From contig OY970325.1 in assembly GCA_963717145.1 (NCBI GenBank), forward strand, positions 1,334,930-1,398,929: a stretch of 64,000 nucleotides of DNA, in the 5' to 3' direction. This stretch comes from an uncultured Armatimonadetes bacterium (GTDB lineage Bacteria > Armatimonadota > UBA5829 > DTJY01). A model generated the notes under the pieces. That model was not told where the DNA came from. It worked only from the letters and a program-made list of their open reading frames with translations, and did not search any database. Below, piece after piece: positions 17,591-28,057 of this stretch. The position numbers were made by a program, and so were the translations under genes. The stretch's first letter is position 1. Each line of letters starts with the position of its first letter.

Positions 17591-17770
17591 AACACAGAAA
17601 CATGGAAGGACACGGAAGCACGGAAAGATCTATCTATCAGGAAGCCAGGAAGATAGGAATCCAGGAAAGAGACTTCAGATTTCGCCCTTTCCCCTTCCTG
17701 CCTTCCTAGCTTCCTGGCTTCCTCATGATGCCTTTTCTGTGTCTTCCGTTTCCTTCTGTGCTTCTGTGTT
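17591..17770. repeat. Nested inverted short-repeat arrays (outer CAC(A/G)GAA, inner CAGGAAG 8-mers)
   Basis: Outer arms 17591-17627 and 17733-17770; inner arms 17638-17669 and 17694-17725. Confidence 0.75.
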
Positions 17771-17776
17771 TTCTGC

Positions 17777-18958
17777 CTAGAAGTGCACGCCGTGCTCTCT
17801 CAGCCGGGCGATCGCCTCGGTGACTCGGTTGCCGTTCGTGTCGCCGCTGACGGTGAGCGAGAAGCGGATGTAGCCCTCTCCGTACTGGCCGTACCCGATC
17901 CCCGGCACGACGAGCACCCCTGCTTTGTCGAGGAGCATCTTGGCAAACTCGATCGAAGTATACCCCTGCGGGACCGGCGCCCACACGTAGAGCGTCGCTT
18001 TGCTCCTCGGGAGTCTCCATCCCAGGCTGTTCAGGCCGTCTATCAGTATGTCCCGACGCTTCTGATAGACCGCGATCGTCTCGGGATTGCCATGGAGGTT
18101 GTCCAGGGCATACGCGGCGGCCTCCGCGATCGCCGGGAACTGCTTGGAGTCCACATAGGATTTCATCTTGCCGAGCCCGCGAAGTACGTCTGCATTACCG
18201 ACCGCCATCCCGATGCGCCAGCCGGTCATGTTGTAGGTCTTGGATAGCGAGTGAATCTCTATGCCGACGTCCTTCGCGCCCGGGGTCTGAAGGAAACTCG
18301 GCGCGACATAGCCATCGTAGGCGACCTCTGTGTACGCGGCATCGTGACATACAATGATCTCGTTCTCCTTCGCAAACGCGACCACATCGGCGAAGAACTC
18401 AGGCGTGGCACATGCGCCGGTCGGATTGTTCGGATAGTTGATGTACATCAACCGGGCCTTCCGCGCGACCTCCGTCGGAATCGCCGACAGATCGGGCAGG
18501 CAGCCGTTCTCGGGAAGCAGCGGCATGACGTGCCCCGTCCCTCCTGCCATCTCCGTGTTGATCTTGTATACAGTATAGCCTGGATCGGGTACGAGCGCTA
18601 AATCACCGTCTCCGATAAATGCCCATGCGAGATGCGCGAGACCCTCTTTCGAGCCGATAATCTCGATGACCTCGCCCTTCGAGGCATCGAGTTTGACGCC
18701 AAACCGCCGATCATACCAGCGAGCAACGGCCTTGGTAAACACCGGCCAGCCGTAATCGGTCTCGTCGTAACGATGCGTGCCCGGATCGTTCGCCGACCGA
18801 GTCAGCGCATCGATGATCGGCTGCGGCGTCGGAAGATCCGGATCACCGTTCCCGAAATCGATCAGGTCGCGTCCCTCGGCTATGGCCTTTGCCTTCGATC
18901 GGGAGATCTCCGCGAAGAGATACGGCGGCGTATTCTCGAGTCTCTGAGCGTATTGCAC
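17777..18958 (-). CDS. dapL: LL-diaminopimelate aminotransferase (class I/II PLP enzyme)
   Basis: PPYLFAEI, GSKEGLAH, INYPNNPTG, HSLSKTYNMTGWRIG; next to dapF. Confidence 0.85.
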   Translation of the reverse strand: MQYAQRLENTPPYLFAEISRSKAKAIAEGRDLIDFGNGDPDLPTPQPIIDALTRSANDPGTHRYDETDYGWPVFTKAVARWYDRRFGVKLDASKGEVIEIIGSKEGLAHLAWAFIGDGDLALVPDPGYTVYKINTEMAGGTGHVMPLLPENGCLPDLSAIPTEVARKARLMYINYPNNPTGACATPEFFADVVAFAKENEIIVCHDAAYTEVAYDGYVAPSFLQTPGAKDVGIEIHSLSKTYNMTGWRIGMAVGNADVLRGLGKMKSYVDSKQFPAIAEAAAYALDNLHGNPETIAVYQKRRDILIDGLNSLGWRLPRSKATLYVWAPVPQGYTSIEFAKMLLDKAGVLVVPGIGYGQYGEGYIRFSLTVSGDTNGNRVTEAIARLREHGVHF

Positions 18959-18978
18959 GAAATCCTCCAACAAGACAT

Positions 18979-19066
18979 TAGACCATAGACCTTAGACCAG
19001 GGGACGGCATCTCCGCCCCTCGTCCAAGGTCTACGGTCTAATGTCCAAAGTCTAAAGTCTAAAGTC
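18979..19066. repeat. Inverted heptamer array (TAGACCA / GTCTAAA)
   Basis: tagacca tagacct tagacca ... ggtctac ggtctaa tgtccaa agtctaa agtctaa; overlaps the dapF stop. Confidence 0.75.
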
Positions 19067-19907
19067 TGATCTTCCCCTGATACACTTCGACCGCGGGGCC
19101 GGTCATGTACACATTGCCATCGTCCCGCCAGTCGATCGACAGATCCCCGCCGGGGAGATGAACGGTCGCGCACCGAGCGGTCTTCCCTGTGAGCGATCCG
19201 GCCACGACCGTTGCACAGGCCCCGGTCCCGCACGCGAGCGTGACGCCGGCGCCTCGTTCCCATACCCGCATGATGACTTCTTCCGGCGAGATCACCTGGG
19301 CGAAATCGACGTTCGTCTTCTGCGGGAATGCGGGGTGCGTCTCGATACTTGGGCCTATCTCCTCGAGTGGCACATCGGCTGCGCAGTGGACGAAGATCAC
19401 GCAGTGCGGAATGCCCACATTCACACAGGTGATCTCCAGGCGCTGGCCGTTCACATCGAGCGGCTGAAGGATCACTTGTCCGGTATACCCAGTGACCGGG
19501 ATCTCAGCGGCGTCGAGCTTCGGAGCGCCCATGTTCACGGTCGCGGAAACCGCCAGGCCCTCCTGCCCCTGCACCTCGACGTATTTGGTACCCCCGAGCG
19601 TCTCGATGCTCACGGATTCCTTCATGAGGCCGCGATCGAACAGGTACTTGGCAAAACACCGAGTGGCATTGCCGCACATCTCGGCCTCGCTGCCATCGGA
19701 GTTGATGATCCTCATGCGGTAGTCAGCGGCATCCGACGGGAGCACCAGAACCAGGCCGTCCGCGCCGACACCGAAATGCCGCTCGCAGACCTGTTCCGAA
19801 ACCTTCGCCAGGTCGAATCCTTCCAGCGGACCCATGCCCTGCACGCAGTCCACGAAGATGAAGTCGTTGCCGGCTCCGTGCATCTTCACGAATTGTACTT
19901 CGGGCAT
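19059..19907 (-). CDS. dapF: Diaminopimelate epimerase
   Basis: KMHGAGNDF, INSDGSEAEMCGNATRC, ERGAGVTLACGTGACA. Confidence 0.95.
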   Translation of the reverse strand: MPEVQFVKMHGAGNDFIFVDCVQGMGPLEGFDLAKVSEQVCERHFGVGADGLVLVLPSDAADYRMRIINSDGSEAEMCGNATRCFAKYLFDRGLMKESVSIETLGGTKYVEVQGQEGLAVSATVNMGAPKLDAAEIPVTGYTGQVILQPLDVNGQRLEITCVNVGIPHCVIFVHCAADVPLEEIGPSIETHPAFPQKTNVDFAQVISPEEVIMRVWERGAGVTLACGTGACATVVAGSLTGKTARCATVHLPGGDLSIDWRDDGNVYMTGPAVEVYQGKIRL

Positions 19908-19908
19908 T

Positions 19909-20184
19909 CTACTCTTCCGCGGGCGGTGTCTGCTCGCCGGTTTCCTTCGGGAAGTCCTGTACGTTGGTGGAGACCTGCTTTGCAGGAACGACCGATGCAA
20001 TGGCATGCTTGTAGACCATCTGTGTCGGCTTACCGGGGCTGTCGAGCAGCACGGTGAAGGCATCGAAGCCTCTCACGTGCCCCTTCAACTGCACGCCGCC
20101 GACCAGATAGATCGTGAGCGGGATGTTCTCCTTTCGCACCTGGTTCAAAAACACGTCCTGCAAGTTAACCTGTCCCTTGTTCAT
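19909..20184 (-). CDS. hfq: RNA chaperone Hfq
   Basis: [32 protein letters not shown]. Confidence 0.95.
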   Translation of the reverse strand: MNKGQVNLQDVFLNQVRKENIPLTIYLVGGVQLKGHVRGFDAFTVLLDSPGKPTQMVYKHAIASVVPAKQVSTNVQDFPKETGEQTPPAEE

Positions 20185-20255
20185 GTAACACTCCTTCGTC
20201 CCGGCGGACTATCCTGCGTCCGCCTACCTCTACTGGGTTTTTGGGATGCTCTCGA

Positions 20256-21188
20256 TCAGGCCTCTGCCCTGAGCGTGGCAGCGATGCCTTCCGCAATCTC
20301 CGAGGCCGAACGGCCCTCGACATCCAACCACCGGATGTCAGGGTCCGCACGGAACCACGTCAACTGCCTCTTCGCAAACCGCCGGGTATCCCGCTTCAGG
20401 AGTTCGATCGCCGCAGGGAGATCATACTCGCCGAGCAGATAGCCCGCGATCTGTTTGTACCCGAGGCCCTTCATTGCCGGCAACTCCGGATCATATCCCT
20501 GATCCATGAGCCGCCGAACTTCTTCCACCAATCCGGCCTGGATCATGTCGTCAACCCTGTGCTCGATCCGCTCGTACAGCATCGGTCGCTTCACCGTAAG
20601 GCCGAACATCTTGACTGAATGAGCTACCTCGGCACTGCCCGCGGTCTCGTGAAAGTGCGAGATCGGTTTGCCGGTAGCATGATACACTTCCAGCGCCCGA
20701 ACCATCCGCTTGATATCCTTCGGATGTAATCGGGCAGCCGTGGCCGGATCGACTGCGCAAAGCTGCTCCAGCAGATATTCGCCACCGAGATGCTCGGCTT
20801 CCTCCTTTAGTCGGGTCCGCAGTTCCTTATCGGGAGCGACTTGAGGGATATTGAAACCGCCGGTAAGCGCCTTGACGTACATTCCGCTGCCGCCGACGAA
20901 GATCGGCATCTTCCCACGGCCGACTATACCCGCAATGCACTCGTCGGCCAAACGGCGGAACACGGCCGCGCTGAACTCCTCGTCGGGACGCACGACATCG
21001 ATGAGGTGGAACGGCACGGCTCTCTGCTCTTCCGGGGTCGGCTTGGCGGTACCAATGTCCATACCCTCGTAGACCGCCATCGAATCGGCCGAGATGATCT
21101 CGCCGCCGATCATCCGCGCGAGACCGATTCCCACAGCCGTTTTCCCCACCGCGGTGGGTCCGACTATCCCGACTAGCATCCCGTGCAT
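20256..21188 (-). CDS. miaA: tRNA dimethylallyltransferase
   Basis: GPTAVGKT, IISADSM, DIGTAKP, RRFAKRQLTWFR. Confidence 0.95.
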   Translation of the reverse strand: MHGMLVGIVGPTAVGKTAVGIGLARMIGGEIISADSMAVYEGMDIGTAKPTPEEQRAVPFHLIDVVRPDEEFSAAVFRRLADECIAGIVGRGKMPIFVGGSGMYVKALTGGFNIPQVAPDKELRTRLKEEAEHLGGEYLLEQLCAVDPATAARLHPKDIKRMVRALEVYHATGKPISHFHETAGSAEVAHSVKMFGLTVKRPMLYERIEHRVDDMIQAGLVEEVRRLMDQGYDPELPAMKGLGYKQIAGYLLGEYDLPAAIELLKRDTRRFAKRQLTWFRADPDIRWLDVEGRSASEIAEGIAATLRAEA

Positions 21189-21368
21189 CGAGTTTGTCCT
21201 TCGTGCGCCGGAAAATCCTCCGAAGTATAGCACAAACGGCTCCCTACCGCAAGCTAATGCCATGCCTGTAGCATATCGGAGGGACGCCTGCACGGTTGCT
21301 CTGCCACCGGATGGGTTGGTTTCCTGCGTTCCAGGATGTATAATGGGGCATTGCAGGAGGAACGGGAA

Positions 21369-22052
21369 TTGCGAAGACTCATACCGATAGCTATGGCAGC
21401 CGCCTTGGTCGCCGGATGTGCCGGCCAGATCATCCGCCCGAAGATCGAGGCGGGGATCGAGAAAGCCCTGCCCGGCTACATCGGGCCGGCAAGAGAATAC
21501 CGGGTCAAGGCAAGCGGCTCATCGACCGCCATGATCAACGGCGAGTTCAGCGCGCTCCACATCACCGGACGTGAGGTCCAGGCGACCAAGGACCTCACGA
21601 TCGATCTCCTGACAGTCGAGATGAAGGACGTCAAGGCCGATCCATCGACGCGCAAGCTTCGTAGCGTCGGCTCGACGACATTTCAGGCGGAGATCACCGA
21701 GCAGGCCGTGAACGCCTATGTGAACGCCAGCAGACCGCAGGGCAACGAGGTCCGCGTCGACCTCGAGCCGGGCAAGATCACTGTGATCGCTCGTCCCACG
21801 TTCTATGGCATCGGCGCGGAGGTCCGCGTGACCGGGAGGCCCGCGATCGCCGGTGGGAGCAAGGTGAACTTCGTCGCGGACAAGGCGTCGGTCAGTATCG
21901 TCCCAGTGCCCGCGTGGGTGGTCAATAAGCTGCTCGATCTCGTCAACCCGGTACTCGACCTGAATCAGATGAAGTTCCCGGTCTCGCTCACTTCGGTGAC
22001 CATTGAGAAAGACACCGTGCAGTTGGCAGGCAAGGCGGATTTCAAACCGTAG
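21369..22052 (+). CDS. DUF2993/LmeA-like lipoprotein
   Basis: Lipobox VAGC after TTG start; ITEQAVNAYV and VNPVLDL patterns. Confidence 0.65.
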   Translation: MRRLIPIAMAAALVAGCAGQIIRPKIEAGIEKALPGYIGPAREYRVKASGSSTAMINGEFSALHITGREVQATKDLTIDLLTVEMKDVKADPSTRKLRSVGSTTFQAEITEQAVNAYVNASRPQGNEVRVDLEPGKITVIARPTFYGIGAEVRVTGRPAIAGGSKVNFVADKASVSIVPVPAWVVNKLLDLVNPVLDLNQMKFPVSLTSVTIEKDTVQLAGKADFKP

Positions 22053-22094
22053 GGAATGCAGAGTGCAGAGTGAACTGCCAAGGGGGAGACAGTC

Positions 22095-25000
22095 ATGCCT
22101 GAGGAAGTGGAAGTACACCTCGAGACCATCGAACTGCCGACCTATGAGACGATGTCTGAGAAGCCGGACCCGTGGTTCGGAAAGCGTCTCGGCGCGCATA
22201 CCTACCCATACCGCCTGCAGGACGGCCTGACGAAAGAGCGCGTCATCCGCCGATACGATGCCATCATCCTGGAGAACGAACTCCTGCTGCTGACCGTGCT
22301 CCCCGACTTCGGATGCAGGCTCTTCTCGGTCTACGACAAGCTTCTCGGCCGCGAGGTCTTCCACCGAAACGACTGTATCAAGCCGACGTTGATCGCCACT
22401 CGCGGGGCATGGATCTCCGGCGGCATCGAGTTCAACTTTCCGGTAAGCCACTCGGTCTACACGCACTCGCGCATCCCATTCACCACCAGGCGCAATCCGG
22501 ACGGCTCGGCGTCGGTGATCTTCGGGCTGACTGAACGCATGACTGAGATGCGTTTCACCGTCGAGGTCCGACTCGCGCCTCAGGAGTACCGCTTCTCGGA
22601 CACGATCCGGCTCTACAACGGCACTCCCCTGCCCCGTCGGCACTACTGGTGGACTAACGCAGGGGTCTACTCGACTCCCGATACACGGCTGATCTATGCG
22701 ATGACGCGCGGCATCTCGGGCGCATACGGCGAGAACACGACGTGGCCGATCCATGACGGCATCGACCTGAGCCGGATAGGAAGCCATGCCTTCACCGGCG
22801 ATGTGTTCGGCGCTGAGACCTACGACCAGTTCTTCGGCGTCTACTACGACCAGGCCGGCTGCGGGGTCGCCCACTGGTCGAAGCAGGATGAGATGCCCGG
22901 TCGGAAGGTATTCTGCTGGGGTCAGGACGAGATGGGCAAGCTCTGGCAGAGCATGCTCACAGAGAACGCCGGCGACTACCTCGAGATCCAGTCCGGCCGA
23001 TTCGCGACCCAGAGCGATTTCGGATTACTCCAGCCGCACGAGTTGGTGACCATGACCGAGTACTGGCTGCCGGTCGGTCCGACCGGCGGCTTCGTGAAGG
23101 CTCACAGAGAAGGTATCATCAACCTCGGCCCGGATGGATCGGTCGCGGTGCAGATGACTCGTCCCGTCCGAGGCGCAACGGTCAAGATCATGGGGCAAGA
23201 CAGGATGACTGGTGACCTGGCCGCGGGAGAGGTCTACCGCTTCGAAACCTCCGGCGATGCGGGAGACACATCGGTCGAGGTGCTCGACGCAGACGGGAAT
23301 GCGGTGCTTGCATACGATCCCCAACAGAAAGATCGCGTGCATGACATCGTCCCTCGAACCAGCGTGTTCCCTGAGCAGACTGAGACGGCGGATGAGATGC
23401 TTCAGGCCGCCAACGCCTCCGAGCGGTTCGACTCGTCGGATGCGGCGATCAGGCGCCTCGAGCAGTTGATGGTCACCGAGCACGAGGTCGAGGGGCGAAA
23501 GGGATTGGCGCGATTCGCACTCAGGGCCGGGCGCTGGGAGGATGCCGAAGAACAGGCACGGGCGCTTCCCGAGGGCGACCACGAGGCGAATGCTCTCCTC
23601 GCGCTGGCACTCGATGGTCAGGGTGATGACGCCAGGGACCTATGGCAATCACTCGCCTGCGATGCATCGTTTGGGGTGCTCGCGAAACGTCGGGTGGCGG
23701 AGAGCTTCATCCGCCAAGGGGAATGGGATGGGGTCGCAGGGCTCGTCCTGGGTTCGCCCGACCCGATGCTCTCGCTGCTGGGAGTGATCGCCGAGAGGAA
23801 ACTCGGACTCACGAGCGACAGACTTTCAACCCTGATAGAGGCCGATCCGCTATGGAGACATGCCCTGTGGGAGAACTTCTTCCGCAAGAGGAATGAACTC
23901 CCCGAACTCACCAGCGAGACCTTCCAGGAGGACATGGACGCCGCCGGAATGTACCTCGACCTCGGATTGCTCGATGAGGCGAGGGCTGTGGTGGAGGCGT
24001 GGACTAGTGCGAGGCCGCCGAGTGATCCGTTCCTGCGAGTGCTCATCGAGGAGTTGGACATCGAGCCGCCATCAGAGTACCGGGCTGATGAGTGGGGAAT
24101 CGTGAACTGCTTTGCCCACCGAGACATCCTGATGCGTCTGATCGAGAGTCGCGACGACGCCGAGTCGCTCACCGATCTGGGGAACATGCTTTATGCCCGC
24201 GGGCGGATCGATGAGGCAATCGAGAAGTGGCATGCGGCTCAGGAGGGGTATCTGCCGCGCCGGAACCTTGCGATCGCCCATTGGCACAAGAAGGATGACC
24301 TTCAGACCGCCTACAGGTACATGCGCGGGGCGAGCGATCTATGTCCGGGCAGTCCCGCCATCCTGCGGGATTGCGATATCCTGGCCGACCTGAGCGGGAA
24401 CGAGTCGGACCGGCTCGAAATCGTCACGCGGATCATGAAATATGCGCCGGAGGACAGCGGGTGTCTCGAACGGGCGGTCCGAGCATACCTGGCTGCTGAC
24501 AGGCTCGACGACGCGATCGACTTGCTTCAGACCAAGACCTTCTTCGTGGCGGAGTTGGCGTACCAGACCCGGATACTGTACGTGTGGGCGATGATCGGGC
24601 GCGGGATGCGCAACATGACCGAGGAGCGATATGCCGATGCCGCCGTGGACTTCCGCGCGGCGACCGAGTACCCGCCGAACCTCGGCGCGAGCCGGTTCCA
24701 CGATTCGAGTGACGCTCAGGCGCTCTTCCTCTTGGGCGAGGCGCTCAGTAAGCTCGGCGACACGGAGGACGCGCGGAAAGCGCACGCATCGGCGGCGGAC
24801 GATATGCCAGTCAGGGGAACGGAGCAGGCATTCTACGTCGGACAGGCACGGGATCGACCCGGGAGAGACGATGCCCGTGAGGCCCGGAAGAAGATACTCC
24901 CGGCCGACCAATCAGCAGACACCCCTGAGGCTCAGGCGCGGTTGAACTACCTCAAGGGACTGGAACGCCTCGCGGCCCATGACCCCGATGCCTCTGCGGA

Positions 25001-25127
25001 GTACTTCAGGCTTGCGCACGAGTTCCTGCGTGCGAATCCGGCGAAGATGAGACGGTACATGGAGTCGCTGGCGTACACCCGCTCAGAGGGCCGCAGAGTG
25101 CCGATCGCAGTCTGGGAGAATGGTTGA
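22095..25127 (+). CDS. DUF5107 domain + TPR protein
   Basis: LENELL, GAWISGGIEFNFP, YWWTNA, YLEIQSGRF, EYPPNLG; helical repeats in the C-terminal half. Confidence 0.8.
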   Translation: MPEEVEVHLETIELPTYETMSEKPDPWFGKRLGAHTYPYRLQDGLTKERVIRRYDAIILENELLLLTVLPDFGCRLFSVYDKLLGREVFHRNDCIKPTLIATRGAWISGGIEFNFPVSHSVYTHSRIPFTTRRNPDGSASVIFGLTERMTEMRFTVEVRLAPQEYRFSDTIRLYNGTPLPRRHYWWTNAGVYSTPDTRLIYAMTRGISGAYGENTTWPIHDGIDLSRIGSHAFTGDVFGAETYDQFFGVYYDQAGCGVAHWSKQDEMPGRKVFCWGQDEMGKLWQSMLTENAGDYLEIQSGRFATQSDFGLLQPHELVTMTEYWLPVGPTGGFVKAHREGIINLGPDGSVAVQMTRPVRGATVKIMGQDRMTGDLAAGEVYRFETSGDAGDTSVEVLDADGNAVLAYDPQQKDRVHDIVPRTSVFPEQTETADEMLQAANASERFDSSDAAIRRLEQLMVTEHEVEGRKGLARFALRAGRWEDAEEQARALPEGDHEANALLALALDGQGDDARDLWQSLACDASFGVLAKRRVAESFIRQGEWDGVAGLVLGSPDPMLSLLGVIAERKLGLTSDRLSTLIEADPLWRHALWENFFRKRNELPELTSETFQEDMDAAGMYLDLGLLDEARAVVEAWTSARPPSDPFLRVLIEELDIEPPSEYRADEWGIVNCFAHRDILMRLIESRDDAESLTDLGNMLYARGRIDEAIEKWHAAQEGYLPRRNLAIAHWHKKDDLQTAYRYMRGASDLCPGSPAILRDCDILADLSGNESDRLEIVTRIMKYAPEDSGCLERAVRAYLAADRLDDAIDLLQTKTFFVAELAYQTRILYVWAMIGRGMRNMTEERYADAAVDFRAATEYPPNLGASRFHDSSDAQALFLLGEALSKLGDTEDARKAHASAADDMPVRGTEQAFYVGQARDRPGRDDAREARKKILPADQSADTPEAQARLNYLKGLERLAAHDPDASAEYFRLAHEFLRANPAKMRRYMESLAYTRSEGRRVPIAVWENG

Positions 25128-25188
25128 TGGTTGATGGTCGATGACATTCGCATTCCCAATCAGCCATTGACCATGAACTATCAACCAT
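25121..25188. repeat. Inverted heptamer array (TGGTTGA / CAACCAT)
   Basis: tggttga tggttga tggtcga ... cagccat tgaccat gaactat caaccat. Confidence 0.75.
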
Positions 25189-25191
25189 TTC

Positions 25192-26931
25192 CTATGCTGC
25201 CTTCAGCGTCATGCTAAGCTCCTCGCTCTCGACCATCACCTTGCGCTGCACTTCGTCGATCGTGGTAATGCCCGCGAGCACCTTTGCCGTGCCGTCCTGC
25301 GCCATCGTTCTCATCCCTTGGGCTATCGCTAACTGGCGCATTTCGGGGGCCGACGCCTTTGTCATCGTCAGCTTCCTCAACTGGTCGGTCATCACCAGAA
25401 CCTCGTTGATACTCACTCGGCCTTTGTAACCCGAACCGCTGCAGTTAGTACAGCCCACGGCATGGTACAGTGTGACATCGTCGTCGGAAGCGAGGCCGAG
25501 CAGGGACTTCGTCTTGTCGTCCGGCTGGTAGGCGGCCCTACAGTCCGGACAGAGCACGCGAACGAGCCTCTGCGCCACCACGCCATTGATCGCCGAACCC
25601 ACGAGGAATGGCTCGACATCCTGGTCGATCAGACGCGTGACCGCGCTGGGAGCGTCGTTGCAGTGGAGCGTGCTCAGGACCAGGTGACCGGTCAGCGCAG
25701 CTCTGAACGCAACGTCGGCGGTCTCCGTGTCCCTGATCTCGCCGACCAGCACGATATCCGGATCCTGCCTGAGAATCGCGCGGAGTTGATTCGCGAAAGT
25801 GAGGCCGATCCTGGTGTGCACGTTGGTCTGGTTGATACCCTCCATCTCGTACTCGACCGGATCCTCGACCGTCATGATGTTCGTGTTCTCGGATCTCAGA
25901 ATGTTGAGAGCGGCATAGAGCGTCGTGGTCTTGCCGCTTCCGGTGGGACCTGTGACCAGGATGATGCCATGCGGACGGGTGACCAGCTTCGTGAAGACGG
26001 ACAACTCGTGCGGCGCGAAGCCCAATTCCTCGAGTGGGATGATCCCACTCGCCCTATCCAGGATTCGGAGAACCACTCTCTCGCCATACAGGGTGGGCGA
26101 GGTGGAGACACGCAAGTCCACAAGCTTCTTGTCCAGACGCACCGTAATGCGTCCATCCTGCGGGAGTCGTCGTTCCGAGATGTCGAGTTCGGACATGATC
26201 TTGACGCGCGAGGTGATGGCAGCATGGAGGCTTCTCGGCAGACTCTTCACAAGATGGAGTTCGCCATCGATCCGGAACCGTACGTCTATGCTATTCCGCC
26301 GCGGCTCGATGTGAATATCGCTGGCCTTCTGCCGAACTCCCTGTGTGAGAAGTACGTTCACCATTCGAACAACCGGCGCGCGATGGCTCTGCCTTTTGAC
26401 CTCGTTAATGTCCTCGCCGTGCTCGTATTCCTCGCCGGTGGCCAACTCCATTCCCGCGGCCTGCTGAGCAGCGCTCTGGAGATCATCGGAGCCACTGCCG
26501 CCGTATTGCTTGTTCACTGCGTCGGTGATCCGCCATTCGGTGGCAAGGGCGGGCTCCACGCGGCACTTCGCCTCCAACTGCACGAGGTCCATGGCCTCGA
26601 CATCGAGCGGGTTCGCCATTGCCACGGTCAGTCGGTCCTCGGTCATCGAAATGGGGATGAGATTGTAGGTACGAGCGGTCTGTTCGGAGACCAGTATAAC
26701 CGCTTCCGGCGCGCATTCCGCATCCTGGAGATTGACGTAGCCGACATCGAGTTGGAGAGCCCGGACTTCCGTGATCTGTTCCTCGGTCGCAAGCCCCCAA
26801 GCTATAAGTATCTCGCCGAGCCGCTTGTGCGTCTGGTTCTGCTCGTCAAGCGCCTCGTGGAGCTTCTCCTCAGTGATGATACCTCTGGAGACCAGGATGT
26901 CACCGAGCGGCTTCTTATAAAACTCTTCCAT
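25192..26931 (-). CDS. GspE/PilB family secretion/pilus assembly ATPase with MshEN-like N-terminus
   Basis: RLGEILI, ASDIHIEP, GPTGSGKTTTLY, LRQDPD, tetracysteine motif. Confidence 0.9.
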   Translation of the reverse strand: MEEFYKKPLGDILVSRGIITEEKLHEALDEQNQTHKRLGEILIAWGLATEEQITEVRALQLDVGYVNLQDAECAPEAVILVSEQTARTYNLIPISMTEDRLTVAMANPLDVEAMDLVQLEAKCRVEPALATEWRITDAVNKQYGGSGSDDLQSAAQQAAGMELATGEEYEHGEDINEVKRQSHRAPVVRMVNVLLTQGVRQKASDIHIEPRRNSIDVRFRIDGELHLVKSLPRSLHAAITSRVKIMSELDISERRLPQDGRITVRLDKKLVDLRVSTSPTLYGERVVLRILDRASGIIPLEELGFAPHELSVFTKLVTRPHGIILVTGPTGSGKTTTLYAALNILRSENTNIMTVEDPVEYEMEGINQTNVHTRIGLTFANQLRAILRQDPDIVLVGEIRDTETADVAFRAALTGHLVLSTLHCNDAPSAVTRLIDQDVEPFLVGSAINGVVAQRLVRVLCPDCRAAYQPDDKTKSLLGLASDDDVTLYHAVGCTNCSGSGYKGRVSINEVLVMTDQLRKLTMTKASAPEMRQLAIAQGMRTMAQDGTAKVLAGITTIDEVQRKVMVESEELSMTLKAA

Positions 26932-26972
26932 GCAAAAACCTCATTCTACACCAGGCAGCCAGCCTGCATAGT

Positions 26973-27218
26973 TCAGGACACGGACTGATCGGCCGAATCA
27001 CCGAGATCGCTCAGCAGGCGACGGATCTCCCGAGACCTGTTGGCGGTCTCTTCCGAATCCGCTTCGATCGTCACCACGAGGACGTCGCCCTGACCGGTTT
27101 CCGACGGCAGAAGGATTCTCGGCCAGATCACCGCCTGCGACTCATCGTCTCCGAGTATCAGGACCGCCCGATCGCCCTCGAACCGGTCCACGAATGCGCT
27201 CACCCGCGCGGTGCTCAT
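26973..27218 (-). CDS. DUF3006 protein
   Basis: VDRFEGDRAVL ... LLP ... GDVL; overlaps the upstream stop. Confidence 0.8.
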   Translation of the reverse strand: MSTARVSAFVDRFEGDRAVLILGDDESQAVIWPRILLPSETGQGDVLVVTIEADSEETANRSREIRRLLSDLGDSADQSVS

Positions 27219-28057
27219 TCCGTATACTCCGTCCATACTCGCCGGCCGTCGGTCGAGATGACGACGTCGCCGTTCTCGTCGGTCCGGAACACTTGAGCGC
27301 CGGCGGCCGACAGCCTGCCGAGCGTCTCCTTGCCGGGCTGCGCAGACTCCGACTCCGGATCGGCGCTGATCACAGCGTACTCCGGCTTCACGATCTGCAG
27401 GAACTCATTCGACGTAGTCCCGTTGCTGCCATGACCAGCCACCTTGAGCACGGTGCTGCGAAGGTCGTGATACTCCGCAAGCAGTTGAGCCTCAGACTCC
27501 GGTGATAGGTTGCCGGTCAGCAGGAAACCGATGTCCCTGTAGCTGAACCGCAGGACGATCGGATCGCCTGTTCCGCCCTTGAGCGGCCAGATGACCTCGA
27601 AATCCACGCCGTTCGATACACTCGGCCGGCGCTCTTCAGTCACTGTCTTGTAGTCGATCCTGCGCTGCTTGATGCTCGCAATGACCTGCTCATACGTCGC
27701 ACTGCCCGAGGGCCCGCCGGCATCGAGGACTTCCGATACCCCGAACCGGTCGAGAACCGCCTGCAGCCCGCCGATGTGATCCTCGTCCGAATGAGCGATG
27801 ACCAGCAGATCGATCCGTGGCACGCCTTGCCGAGCCAGGTACGAGATCAGATGGTCCGATCGGTCGGCATTCCCGGCATCCACCAGCACGACGCGGTTGT
27901 CCGGCGTCCGGATCAGAGTGCAGTCACCCGGCCCAACGTCAACGAAATGGACGGAAAGCCTCGGCTCCTCGGTCGCCGGTCTTCGACTGAGTGCGATATA
28001 CCACGCCGCCAGGCCCAGCAATACTATCAGTAGAATTATAGGCAGAAGTCGTCGCAT
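27215..28057 (-). CDS. ComEC/Rec2-like metallo-beta-lactamase-fold protein
   Basis: HFVDVGPGD, HSDEDHIGG, LKVAGHGS, FRTDENG. Confidence 0.8.
   Translation of the reverse strand: MRRLLPIILLIVLLGLAAWYIALSRRPATEEPRLSVHFVDVGPGDCTLIRTPDNRVVLVDAGNADRSDHLISYLARQGVPRIDLLVIAHSDEDHIGGLQAVLDRFGVSEVLDAGGPSGSATYEQVIASIKQRRIDYKTVTEERRPSVSNGVDFEVIWPLKGGTGDPIVLRFSYRDIGFLLTGNLSPESEAQLLAEYHDLRSTVLKVAGHGSNGTTSNEFLQIVKPEYAVISADPESESAQPGKETLGRLSAAGAQVFRTDENGDVVISTDGRRVWTEYTE

Noticed and set aside
16314-21188. dapF-dapL between hfq and hflX as a novel arrangement
   Set aside because: Ordinary variation of the miaA-hfq-hflX neighbourhood
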